Source: Octopus sinensis (lineage: Eukaryota). Taken from it: a DNA stretch of 64,000 nt. The notes below the pieces were generated by a model that was not told the DNA's origin, ran no database searches, and worked only from the letters and a program-made list of their open reading frames with translations. Positions 14,446-26,424 of the stretch are shown here, one piece after another. The translations under genes were made by a program, and so were the position numbers. Position 1 is the stretch's first letter; each line of letters starts with the position of its first letter. The stretch covers positions 71,238,001-71,302,000 of the forward strand of contig NC_043007.1 of NCBI RefSeq assembly GCF_006345805.1, read 5' to 3'.

Positions 14446-14540
14446 TACATTATTTACATTCAACGGATATTTGTCCTCATCTTCTTTGTTGTTAACACAA
14501 ACAAGATGAGGACAAATATCCGTCAAATGTAAATAATGTA
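14446..14540. repeat. 44-bp-arm hairpin, probable collapsed Penelope-type inverted terminal repeat
   Basis: tacattatttacattcaacggatatttgtcctcatcttctttgt / loop tgttaac / acaaacaagatgaggacaaatatccgtcaaatgtaaataatgta; 3 mismatches. Confidence 0.75.
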
Positions 14541-14556
14541 AATAACGTAAATAATA

Positions 14557-14978
14557 GGAGTCGCTGTGTGGTAAGTAGCTTGCTTATGAACCACATGGTT
14601 CTGGGTTAAGTCCCACTGCATGGCACCTTGAGCAAGTGTCTTCTACTATGGCCTTTGGCCGACCAAAGCCTTGTGAGTGGATTTGGTAGATGGAAACCGA
14701 AAGAAGCTCGTCATATATATGTATGTGTGTGTGTATATGTTTGTGGGTGTGTGTATATATATATTTGTGTGTTTGTCCCCCCAACATCGCTTGACAACTG
14801 ATGCTGGTGAGTTTACATCCCCACAACTTAGTGGTTCAGCAAAAGAGACTGATAGAATAAGTACTAGGCTTACAAAGAATAAGTCCTGGGGTCGATTTGC
14901 TCGACTAAAGGTGGTGCTCCAGCATGGCCACAGTCATATGACTGAAACAAGTAAAAGAGTAGAAAGAGAGTAAAGAGT
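14557..14978 (+). mobile_element. tRNA-headed SINE, family A (full length)
   Basis: Head ggagtcgctgtgtggtaagtagcttgc with B-box-like ggttaagtccc, body accttgagcaagtgtcttc, internal (TG)n, tail gactgaaacaagtaaaagag. More than 10 copies or fragments in the window. Confidence 0.85.
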
Positions 14979-17900
14979 AATTCCTCATCTCTTAGCTATA
15001 GAACTAGCTTCATAGTAATTGCTCTCAAAATTCCTATTTTGTTTTTCTCACATTAACCTCTGTAGGTTGAACTAGGTAAAATGGTAAAGAAAGAAATTCA
15101 AATGCTTCTTGCAATACATAGCAATACGTACTTCTAAAGCAAAATTTTTACAGGGGTCCTTAAAATACTATTGTGGATCCCCAGTTTACTCTTTTATTGC
15201 ATGAACCCTCCAAAATATTATATGGTCCCCCAAGGGCCATATGGCCCATGGTTGAAAACCACTGGTCTAAAATATCTCTGGATAATTTTGCAAGAAAAAA
15301 AACTGTCTGTCATAATAATTACCTGCTTCCATTCTTACAATTATAGTTTGACTTGTATTGTCCTCTTTTTACCACACCGTTTGAGATGCTATTTTATTAA
15401 TACATCTATTTAATCACATTCATTATTGTTATAAATAATGTTTGAAAGATCGTTATACCTTCAGCTAATTGAGAACATGTAATTAAGAACCAGATTATGA
15501 TTCTGAGCTTTTTTTAGACTCTCTTCATGGGAGCCTATATTTGCCACCTGATCTTGCACTCAGCTCTAAAACCTTATAAATAACACTGTGTAATGTTCAG
15601 AAAGTGATGATGATTCGGTATATATCAATGAAATTAATCACTCTCTAATTTATGTGGCTGTGGAGATTGTTTTTGATCAACATCTGATAAATATATATTA
15701 TGATAGGGTGAGGGTTTAAGGAGACAGCAAAACAGAATAGTCTCATTCCTGATCACATGCTCTGATTAACTCGGGTTTTAACATGCATAAAATGTCTGTT
15801 ATTGTTTCACCTTGATAGGGATTATACATTTCTGTGTTAAACATCTCATTTAAATCTGTGTCACTGTAATTAATAGCAAATAATGAAGATTATCAACAAT
15901 TGTTTTCACCTTGACAGGTTTTTTTTTTCTTTGCATCTATTTAATTAATTATTCTTCTAATAGCTCTAAAACAGCCAACATACTAACGATGTTTGATGTT
16001 TTGTGACTATCAACTTTACTAATTTGCAGAGATGAAGGCAAAGAAAATGTGACATTCATTTGTTTTTCATGATATTAGTGATATAAGCTATAAATTAAAT
16101 GTTAACAGCTGACACAAGCCATCAGGTCCTTAATGGTTTAACAAATCCCTATTGCTGCCCCTTTTAATTTTTAAACAAATTAGGCTTCAGGGTTACCTCC
16201 CTTACTTTTACTGACAAAAATTATCATTACTACTAATGGGTTTTCTTTCCATTGTGAGTGTAATTTTAAGTGACTGAACAATTTTTTTCTCATTACATTC
16301 TGTTAATGTTTACTTAAATATATGTTATTCATGCAATGTGTATCATCATCATCGTTTAATGTCCGTTTTCCGCGCTAGCACGGGTTGGACGGTTCGACCG
16401 GGGTCTGGGGAGCCAGGGGCTGCCCCAGGCTCCAGTCTGGTCTGGCAGTGTTTCTACAGCTGGATGCCCTTCCTAACGCCAACCACTCCGCGAGTGTAGT
16501 GGGTGCTTTTTACGTGCCACCTGCACAGGTGCCAGAGGGGTCTGGCATCGGCCACGATCAGTTGGTGCTTTTTTTTTTTTTTTTCTTTTGTGCTACCGGC
16601 ACAGAAGCCAGTCAAGGCGGTGTATCCTCAGGAAAATTTCCCATGTCATAACAACTTCTTTGACACATGAAACACATAAACTATCCCTCTATATAGATGT
16701 TTCCATTTAAAGTATTTTCTGTGAAAAGTTTTTACAATGTAAAAAAAAAAAAAAAAAGCCATGAATACAATCATCGTCATCATCATTGGATGGTTTGACA
16801 AGAGTTGGAAAGGACATCAGCCTCATCAGGTTCCATGGTCTGTTTTGGCATGGTTTCTATGGCTGGATGCTCTTCCTAATGTCAACCACTTTACAATGTG
16901 TACTGGGTACTTTTTTATGTGACATCAGCATGAGTGCTTTTTATGTGGTACCAGCATCAATGCTTTTTTTATGTGGCACTAGCGCCAGAGAATTTTACAT
17001 GGCACCAGTGCCAGTGTTTTTTTTTTTTTTCATGGAACTATCACCAATGCTTTTTACACTGTTTCAGCTAATTTTACTCTTGGCAACATAGCACTCCAGT
17101 TCAAAGAAGAATGAATAAATATTGAATACACCCTCCGAAAAATACCTTCCTATTATTCATCACTATATTTCTGAATTAATGCAATTAAGATTTTAGCCTG
17201 TTGACCTTACCTTTTATTTTCTAGTTCTTGCAATATCTTTATGAGTCTATTTTCTGATTATCTTTCTGTACAATTGTGGTATAGTAGTTAAAAATTTTGA
17301 AACTTTCATTAGAAATATAGTTTCTTGCTTTAAATTTAGTCTTTTGCAAATGTATAGGAAGGAATAGGATACCAGTAAACAGTTGAAGTGTTGATTAAAT
17401 GGTGGCTACTTTTGTTTTGGCTATCTTCTTATTGGCTATTTCTCATCAAGTATTTGGGGCAGGAGTTGATTTATAGTTAGTTTGTTCCTTCTCGAGACAT
17501 GCCTGGCTCATCAGGGCCAGTTTCCCGGTTTCTTGGTATATAGGTTCCCCACCTGGACGGGATGCCGGTCTGTTGCAGGTGAGCTGCAAGATGCAGGAGG
17601 AAAGAGTGAGAGAAAGTTGTGGCAAAAAAGTCTGCAGAAGTTTGCCATTACCTTCTGCTGGAGCCTCGTAGAGCTTAGGTGTTTTGCTCATAAACACACA
17701 GATTGCCCAGTCTGAGATTCGGACCCGTGATCCCTCGACCTTGAGTCTGCTGCTCTAACCACTAGGACATGAGCCTCCACTGATTTATAGTTAGTCGAGT
17801 AAAATACTTGCATGGAAAATTATGTGTTTTCCCTAAAATTTTAGCAAAATATTGCTGGATTTTGAACACATAAACAAAAAGTAGAAAAAAAGACACCCTC

Positions 17901-18334
17901 CTCTTAAACCTCACAACCATTGTAGGGATGTGAGGAATCTTTTATTCATATCTGCTGTAAAGAATTTATTGTATTTTTGATTAATTCTCACATATTCATT
18001 TCGTAATTCCCATTTCTCATTTCTATCTAATTGTGACAAATATTTACAATATTCAATGGAAATACAATCAACAATTAATTAGCTTTTTTTAAAAAATAAA
18101 ACAACATAATTTTTGTTTCATTAAAACATTTAAATACAAAGAAACAGGAAGAGAGATAAGAAAAGAAAGGAAAAAAGGGGGAAAGGGGGAAAGCAGTGGA
18201 AGATGGAAGGGGTGGGGGATTTGCACATGCCCCAAAACAAATGGTGCCTTCAGGCATCCCCTACGGTAATGACCATGATAGTGTTGCCACAGAGAATGGT
18301 CAGTGACACTCACTGCAGTAGCCACCCCACCTTG

Positions 18335-21300
18335 TGTTGTTGGGAATTAGTAATAACCTAGTCACTATAAGTAAAGAGAAATACATGAAGTACCAGAGTA
18401 CATAGTAGGCGGTCAGAGATAATCATGTCTTTACTAGTTTTACTAAGTATACTGTATACAGGGGTGGGTATTATAACAATCTAACATTTCTAAGGATTAT
18501 AACAGTGGCAACGAGGATTTAAACATCTCACGAGGAATTAATGAACTTGACAAGGATTTAACCCTTTCGTTACTGTATTTATTTTGAGATGTTCTGTGTT
18601 CCTCTCAATTATTTTAAATCTAACAAAGAATTTAGTTAGATAACTCAGTTATCATTAAGCTAGTGTTAGGAACATTAATTATGACTAAGCTTTGGTAGAA
18701 GATTTTAATTCAAAACTTATGAAAACAAGACATTTGTACTGCAGAGCCAGAGCCGGTTTCAACCAGGTTGGTAAGGAAAGGGTTAAACAACTCATGAGGA
18801 ATTAATAAACTCTACAAGGACTTTAACAAACTCACAAAAGTTTTTGTTGTGTGAATTTTATGGCAAAAAAAAAAATTGTAAAACATCATGGAAAATTTGT
18901 TGGTTGGTTTGCTCAAGTTGCCAAATCAGCAACAACAACTGAAAGAACACCAACAACAGTTAGTATTACAACAACAAATGTTGCAATTAATGAAGTTGTC
19001 AGGAAATTCAGAAAAAGTCTTCTAGCCAGACTATGTTGCGAACTCCATAAGAGAGTTCAAATACGAACCTAATGAAGGAGTTACCTTTGAAGCATACTAC
19101 AGAAGATGTGAGTAATTCTTCAAGAAATAATGTGAAGACTGGGACAACGAGATGAAAACATGCTTAATCTTGAGAAAACTGATGGCAACAGAACATAAAC
19201 AATACAGTAATTATGTATTCCCAAGAAAACCTTTAAGCATAAACTTTAAGGACACAGTATATATTGTATAAAATTATCAGTGGAAAAAAGCTCATTGTGC
19301 AACACATGTTAGAAGTATCTGAACATAAAGAAAAACAACGACAAGGTCTACATCACATATGCTGGTACAGTAAACAGGGAATGCGAGAAGTTTAAGCTGA
19401 ATGAATTAATGCCAGATATGTTCAAATGCCTGACTTTTACTTAGGGACTTACAGCTGAAAAGGATTCAGAATTTTGAAATAGAATTCTCATAAAGCTGGA
19501 ACAAAACCAGGATGTAACCCTACAGCAAGTGTCAGAAGAATGTGAAGGATAGTCAAATTAAGACATGACACAGGGGAAATTGAATGTAAAGATTGTTTTC
19601 AAGTAAAGCAAGTGTGAAATAATCAGAATAGAGATAAAGTGTTTTCTACAAAAAAAAAAACACAACAAAAATCAGGAAATAAACCCATGTTTTGCATGTG
19701 GAGGTATACACCTGAGTAAAAATTGCCCATTTAAAAAAATGGAGTGCTTTTGTTGTGGAAATATAGGACATATAAAGACACACTGTAGAATGAAGATGAT
19801 GAAATGTCAGAACAAAGGAAAAAGAATAAATAGTATGTCAGCAGAAAAAATTTGCAATATAACAATGAGAAAATTCATGAAGGTGAATATCAGAAATACA
19901 GGTGTTAAAATGCAGTTGGACACTGGTAGTGATATCACCATTATAAATGGAAAAACCTGGAAATATGTCAGTAAGCCGAAATTAATTAAATCAAAAAAAG
20001 TAACTCTTGGTGTTATAGGGGAAAAGATTATATTTTTTCAGTGAATTTGTGTGTAATGTAACATTTCAAGGTCAAACAAAAAAAGGCTAAAACGTTCACT
20101 TAATTTATTTGGCATAGAGCGGATAGAATGATTCAAAGGGTTTTGAATGGAAATATAGTTGGTTCAGTCGAAGTTTCGAATGTGGCTGAGGGACTGAAAC
20201 AAAAAATTGCAGTAAAACAGAGTAGAACACCTGTGTATGTAAGCCAAAAAGAAATCAAAAATTGCCCACAATAAAAAAATAAACATTGTTCAAAAGTAGA
20301 TGTTCTATGGTTGAAATTACACATCGATTTTGCTGATCAAACCTCACAACCATTGTAGGGATGTGAAGAATCTTTTATTCATATCTGCTGTAAAGAATTT
20401 ATTGTATTTTTGATTAATTCTCACATATTCATTTCATAATTCCCATTTTTCATTTCTCTGTCTATCTAATTGTGACAAATATTTACAATATTCAATGGAA
20501 ATACAATCAATTTAAAGCAAGAAACTATACTTCTAATGAAAGTTTCTAAATATTTAACTGCTATACCACAATTCTACTGAAAGATAACCAGAAAATAGAC
20601 TCATAAAGATATTGCAAGAACTAGAAAAACAAAAGGTAAGGTCAACAGTGTAGTGGTAGTTGATAGATTTTTCAAAATTACCTGAAATCTGAAAGTGTAA
20701 AAAACCAACTTCCTCAACTGTGATAAATTTTTTACATGAATTTTTTGCAAGGTTTGGCATCCCAGATAAGATAATGTCTGACAATGGAATGCAATTTGTG
20801 TCTAGTGAATCTAAAAGGCTTTGTGAAACTTTCACAGTAGAACTTGTCACTATAGCACCATACCATCCCAGATCTAATAGATCAGCCAGAATGCTTTGTC
20901 GATACCTTCAAAAGAGCCCTAAGAAAATTATATGAGGAAGTCACGGATGAGGTAGCAAATTTGGTGAAAAAGTGTATATGTGGGCATACAGGAATGGAAA
21001 GCAGAGTTGGGAAGATGGTGTAATTACCAAATGCATAGGTAAAATGATGTATTGGGTAAAATGTAGAAAATGCATACAAAAGAGACACTGGGACCAATTG
21101 GAAAAGAGATTCATGGAAAGCAAACCAAAGGAGTTGGAGGAACCGATGGAATGGTTGCATGATACATTTCAAGCACCGACGCCACTGCAGGTGATTGAAC
21201 CCAGGCATACAAATGAAAGGAAAAGAAAACATACCGAGTTCCTGAAAATAGATGCCAAGTGCAAAAAATATGAAATTGTACAAAAAAGAAAAGAGAGATG

Positions 21301-21437
21301 GGGTGAATAAAAAAAAATTATTGCTAAATAAAATGACACTTCCTTAGAAAAACTTAAGAAGGGAGAATTGGTAGGGAATTAGTAATAATGGTACACCCTT
21401 CCCATGAGACGAATGGAATAACCTAGTCACTATAACA
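18335..21437 (+). mobile_element. Internally deleted Ty3/Gypsy LTR retrotransposon (Mag/K02A2.6-like): gag zinc knuckles, protease, integrase; RT/RNaseH missing
   Basis: CCTTG TSD at 18330-18334 and 21438-21442; TG...CA ends; shared LTR blocks gggaattagtaataa and aataacctagtcactataa; PBS tggcaacgagg (~18506); PPT aagaagggagaa (~21356-21367); CFACGGIH..NC and CFCCGNIGHIKTHC; MQLDTGSD; LHIDFA; FARFGIPDKIMSDNGMQF; APYHPRSN. Confidence 0.92.
18558..18786. mobile_element. piggyBac-like MITE nested in the Gypsy 5' leader
   Basis: TTAA|CCCTTTCGTTAC ... GTAAGGAAAGGG|TTAA; same family as 24482 and 58120. Confidence 0.85.
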
Positions 21438-22149
21438 CCTTGTGGGGCTCATTTCTCCACTGGGCTGCCCTTATCCCTATTTTTCAGAGGAAATCAGTAC
21501 TACAGGGTGCTTTTAACCTCTTCACCTGATCTAAATGTTCTTCACATGAGTCCCTGAAGAATCTATTAGAGACTGTGTATACTGCTATCATGATTTAACC
21601 ATCCAACATTAACCATTTGCACATGCATGCTTATGCGCATACACACACATTCACACGCACAGGCCACTGTTTTTTCTTTGGTTGGTTTATTGATTGTTCT
21701 GGTGTCAGTTCTGACATCTAAGAAACTACTAAAAGTAAGAAGTTCAATTTTTGAATGATTTTAAAGTTAAATGAGGAAAAAAATGTTTTCTTTTTTTTTT
21801 ATTTCTAAGAATTTTGTTTTGGCTAATTAGTATGCAGATCATGTTTACATAATGGGTGTTTATACGTTGGACAACTCGTAGATTAAAGTAAACGTGAAAT
21901 TAGTTACACAAAAAATGAAATGTAACAAAAATAAATTCATATATATATGGTCACATACAACTCATGCTTATCTTGATACCAGAGGTTATAAGAGGAGTAA
22001 AAATACATATAAAGCATACTCTTTTTGTTTTTATTTATAAGCTTTTGTATTGCTGTATGGCCAGATACCTTCTCTAATTTCATAATATAGAAGGTGAGTA
22101 CACATTCAGTGTAGTCCCACATGTATTACTAGTATTTTAATTGCCAACT

Positions 22150-22465
22150 GTGGTGGTGCCATGCAAAAAGCACCCATGTTGGTGCCATGTAAAAAGCACC
22201 CGTACTGGTGTCACATAAAAAGCACCCATGCTGGTGCCATGTAAAAAGCACCCGTGCTGGTGCCATATAAAAAACACCCGTACTGGGGCCATATAAAAAA
22301 CACCCGTACTGGTGTTGCATAAAAAGCACCCATGCTGGTGCCATGTAAAAAGCACCTGTACTGGTGTTGCATAAAAAGCAACCATGCTGGTGCCATGTAA
22401 AAAACACCCGTACTGGTGCCATGTGAAAAGCACCCATGCTGGTGCCATGTAAAAAGCACCCAGTA
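22150..22465 (+). repeat. ~26-27-bp minisatellite (~12 units) expanded inside an RTE 3'-end element
   Basis: Unit tggtgccatgtaaaaagcacccrtrc repeated head to tail, followed by the RTE tail and (GAT)n. Confidence 0.9.
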
Positions 22466-22869
22466 CACTCTGTAAAGTGATTAGCAATAGGAACTGGAGC
22501 CTGGTGCTGCCCTCGCCAGCTTGCCTACTTCTGTCAAACTGTCCATCCCATGCTAGCATCATGATGACAATGATGATGATGATGATGATGTTTGCATTCA
22601 AATAATTTTTGTTGTTTCTTTGTTAAAGCAAAAAACATATGAGAGAAATACGGCTGCTATTTCTAGCAGGCTGAGCAACCATGTAGACACTCGCTCAGTG
22701 TTTTAGACTCCATGTTTGTGTCACTCTTGCGTTCATAACATATCTAGACTAATAACATGCAGAAACTAAATGCTTTGCTTGCCATTTTTGGCCATGTGAA
22801 AATTATTGTTTGTTGAAACCAAAACGAGAAACATGCTGGAGGCATGCTTTTATTGATCTTTAACTGGAT

Positions 22870-22880
22870 TGTGTGTGTGT

Positions 22881-22924
<44 letters not shown>

Positions 22925-23322
22925 TCTGTGTCTGTGATTCTACTTTGAATGTAATAAATTCAGCTGCAAAGTTTTCTTTTTGAAATGTATCTTTTTCTAC
23001 TATTATCTAACCCTTTAGTTACCATATTTCTGTTGAAATACACTACCATTGGTTCAATTCATTTTGAAAATAATGCAGAATTTAGCAAAGCACTTTGTCG
23101 TTATGAGACAAGTGTCTGATATATAAAATTAAAATGAAATTTTGTGGTAAGTAGCTTGCTTACCAACCACATGGTCCCTGGTTCAATCCCACTGTGTGGC
23201 ACCTTGGGCAAGTGTCTTCTACTATAGCCTCGGGCCGACCAGAGCCTTGTGAGTGGATTGGTAGACAGAAACTGAAAGAAGCCCGTTGTATATGTATATA
23301 TGTGTGTGTGTGTGTGTGTGTG

Positions 23323-23355
<33 letters not shown>

Positions 23356-23746
23356 TCTGTGTCTGTGATTCTACTTTGAATGTAATAAATTCAGCTGCAA
23401 AGTTTTCTTTTTGAAATGTATCTTTTTCTACTATTATCTAACCCTTTAGTTACCATATTTCTGTTGAAATACACTACCATTGGTTCAATTCATTTTGAAA
23501 ATAATGCAGAATTTAGCAAAGCACTTTGTCGTTATGAGACAAGTGTCTGATATATAAAATTAAAATGAAATTTTGTGGTAAGTAGCTTGCTTACCAACCA
23601 CATGGTCCCTGGTTCAATCCCACTGTGTGGCACCTTGGGCAAGTGTCTTCTACTATAGCCTCGGGCCGACCAGAGCCTTGTGAGTGGATTTGGTAGACAG
23701 AAACTGAAAGAAGCCCGTTGTATATGTATATATGTGTGTGTGTGTG

Positions 23747-23750
<4 letters not shown>
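22870..23750 (+). repeat. Near-perfect ~431-bp tandem duplication bounded by (TG)n
   Basis: 22917-23300 recurs at 23348-23732; the only difference I saw is gtggattgg versus gtggatttgg. Confidence 0.9.
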
Positions 23751-23777
<27 letters not shown>

Positions 23778-24000
23778 ATATGTTTGTGTGTATGTTTGTC
23801 CCCCTAGCATTGCTTGACAACCGATGCTGGTGTTTTTACGTCTCTGTAACTTAGTGGTTCGGCAAAAGAGAACTATAGAATAAGTACTAGGCTTACAAAG
23901 AATAAGTCCTGGGGTCGATTTGCTCGACTATAAAGCTGGTGCTCCAGCATGGCTGCAGTCAAATGACTGAAACAAGTAAAAGAGTAAAAGAGTAAAGAGT
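23575..24000 (+). mobile_element. SINE family A
   Basis: Same head, body and tail as 14557-14978. Confidence 0.85.
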
Positions 24001-24481
24001 ATCTGAGAACCAGAAGGCAGTCTCAGGAAGGTTGATAACAAAAGAGTTAAGAGCCAATATACAAAAAAACATAAGCGATTTTTTTTTGCTCCACCCCACC
24101 CCTTCCCATGCTCCCTGACAGCCACATGTATATATTACAGTGTACTGCTAATATTATTTGTACCTGTTTTGTATTTGCTGCCTCATTTATCTAAAATTAC
24201 AATGAGTTCCCAACCTGGTGGAGCAAAACTACTCATGAAGATAGTGTCTTCAAGCTGTATTGTTTAGCTAGAGAGAATCCTCCCTTCTCAAATTAATTTA
24301 ACTCTACAGATAATTATATCTCTAATGAAATCCACTGTATTCCATTTACTTTGGAAACAAACAAAAATTTGGAGTGATTTAGTAAAATAATTTACATTTA
24401 TAATTATTAAGGTAATGTTAGGAATATAAGTAATGACATGTCCTTACATAGATATTATAATGGAATTTAAATATGAACCCT

Positions 24482-24915
24482 TTAACCCTTTCGTTACCAA
24501 CCCGGCTGAAACTGGCTCTCGCTTTGAGTACAAATGTCTTGTTTTCATAAGTTTGGAATTAAAATCTTCCACCAATCATCATCATAATCATCATCATCAT
24601 CATTGTTTAACGTCCACTTTCCATGCTAGCATGGGTTGGACGATTTTGACTGAGGGCTGGTGAACCAGATGGCTGCACCAGGCTCCAATCTTGATTTGGC
24701 AGAGTTTCTACAGCTGGATGCCCTTCCTAACGCCACCGGCACAGAGGCCAGTCAGGCAGTACTGGTAACGACCTCGCTCGAACCTCAGTCACAATTTATG
24801 TTCTTAACACTAACTGAATGATAACTAAGTTATTTTACTAAATTCTTTGTTATACTTAAAGTAATTGAAAGAAACACAGAGCATCTCAAAATAAATACAG
24901 TAACGAAGGGGTTGA
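24482..24915. mobile_element. piggyBac-like MITE (opposite orientation) interrupted by an RTE 3'-end fragment (~24575-24780)
   Basis: TTAACCCTTTCGTTACC start and GTAACGAAGGGGTTGA end; interior is the reverse complement of the 18558 and 58120 copies. Confidence 0.85.
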
Positions 24916-25824
24916 AACAAGACGATTTGTATCATAGATGCTATCACAAGTGAGTTGGTTTTGTTATTATGGTGCTCTTCTTCTTACCTTACTTACAGCT
25001 CTGTCTAAAGGATCTGTCTAACAATTAAGACTCTCTCAATGGACACAGAGCTTTGCCTGTGCTGACAGGCTGTCAATGAGCAGATTACTGGCTACCTTGT
25101 CACCATAACATAATGCACCAACATTTAAGCTCAGCATTTGTTTTAAAAGGCTGTTTTTTAAAGTCTAATAGAATATTCCGTACATTCTATTTCGCCACCC
25201 ACAGTCTGCATACAGGGATACAAACAGCTAAGAGATTCTCTTTGTTTGCATGTGGTTGTAATTCCAATGTGTGTCATCTTGGACATGTCTTGTTTGTTAT
25301 AGCTTTAGCTTGACAGATGGAAACTGTGAACAAGTCCATTGTATATTTTATGAGTGTGTGTATCTACAATGACTTGATTAATAAATCTGTGCATCAAACA
25401 AAACTACTTTGTGGTGTTCAGTTATCTAAATTACATCTCAGAGGGGGACATAACCAATATCAGACAAAATACAGAGTTGATAAAATAGTCTAAAGACTCT
25501 GTGGCCACCTCCTACCAACAAGTACACAGTCCAGAAAATAAAACTAACAAAACAATATACATACATTTACATGATCCAGATTCTTTCTCTTCTCTTTATA
25601 CTTTATTCCTCTCTCACTGACAATATAACGTTTTTACTGAAATAATTTAAAGCTTCTCTGTATTCTATAACTGTCATTTTGATAGTGTTTTTTTTTTGTG
25701 TGACTAAACAGTCCAGTCTTTGATTGATATATTTTTCTGGTGCCAAATAAAGATGGATCAATTCTTAAAATGTGTGGCTTCAGACTTTACATTTCTCTTA
25801 CCTGGCTTCATATTACAACCATAT

Positions 25825-25867
<43 letters not shown>

Positions 25868-26424
25868 TACCAAATATATACGTTTTTATTATTTTTTTGC
25901 AATTTACTTAATCTTCGGTATATTATTGTTATTTTAATCTTAATATTTCTATTATATTCAATTTTCTAGATGGTGTAATTTAATTGTTCATTTTGAATTG
26001 ATAAAAGGTGTTTTTTTCTAATTTTTATATATATATATTGTATTTTGAGAAATTTGATTTAGTATTTCTAAATTGAATTTTTCCCTGTAAGTTAGGAATA
26101 ATATTCCCTCAAATAATTATTGTATATATATATATTCTTTTTTTGTCACTTTCGAATGTGGGTTCAGTTTGTTGTTTGTGGCTTGGGGGATCTTAGGTGT
26201 GATTGTTATTGCCTTTGACTATTTAACACACACACTAATACACACATGTTAACACTAGCACATACACACTAACACTAACACAGACTAACACACACACACC
26301 CACACATACACACATGCTAAGGTAAGAACATTGTATGTACCTTGTAGTCATTGTCTCCCACAGATTTGTCAGCCCTTTTTACAGACGCGATAATTATGAT
26401 GGTTTCCTTGTTTTGTATTTACAG

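Larger units (their letters stand above)
14341..15264. mobile_element. hAT (Charlie-like) non-autonomous element with a nested hairpin and SINE
   Basis: Ends CAGGTGTTCTCAAC and (rc) CAGTGGTTTTCAAC; 8-bp flanks atttaaaa and gtctaaaa (6/8 match). Confidence 0.6.

Noticed and set aside
14557-14630. tRNA genes in SINE heads
   Set aside because: A and B boxes are present but there is no complete cloverleaf, and each continues into a SINE body.
22150-22465. Regular ~27-bp repeats resembling a CRISPR array
   Set aside because: Units are head to tail with no unique spacers, lie inside an RTE 3' end, and the DNA is eukaryotic with no cas genes.
24975-25115. Acceptor-like cttaccttacttacag followed by unique sequence
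   Set aside because: All three frames hit stops within ~30 nt and there is no clear donor.
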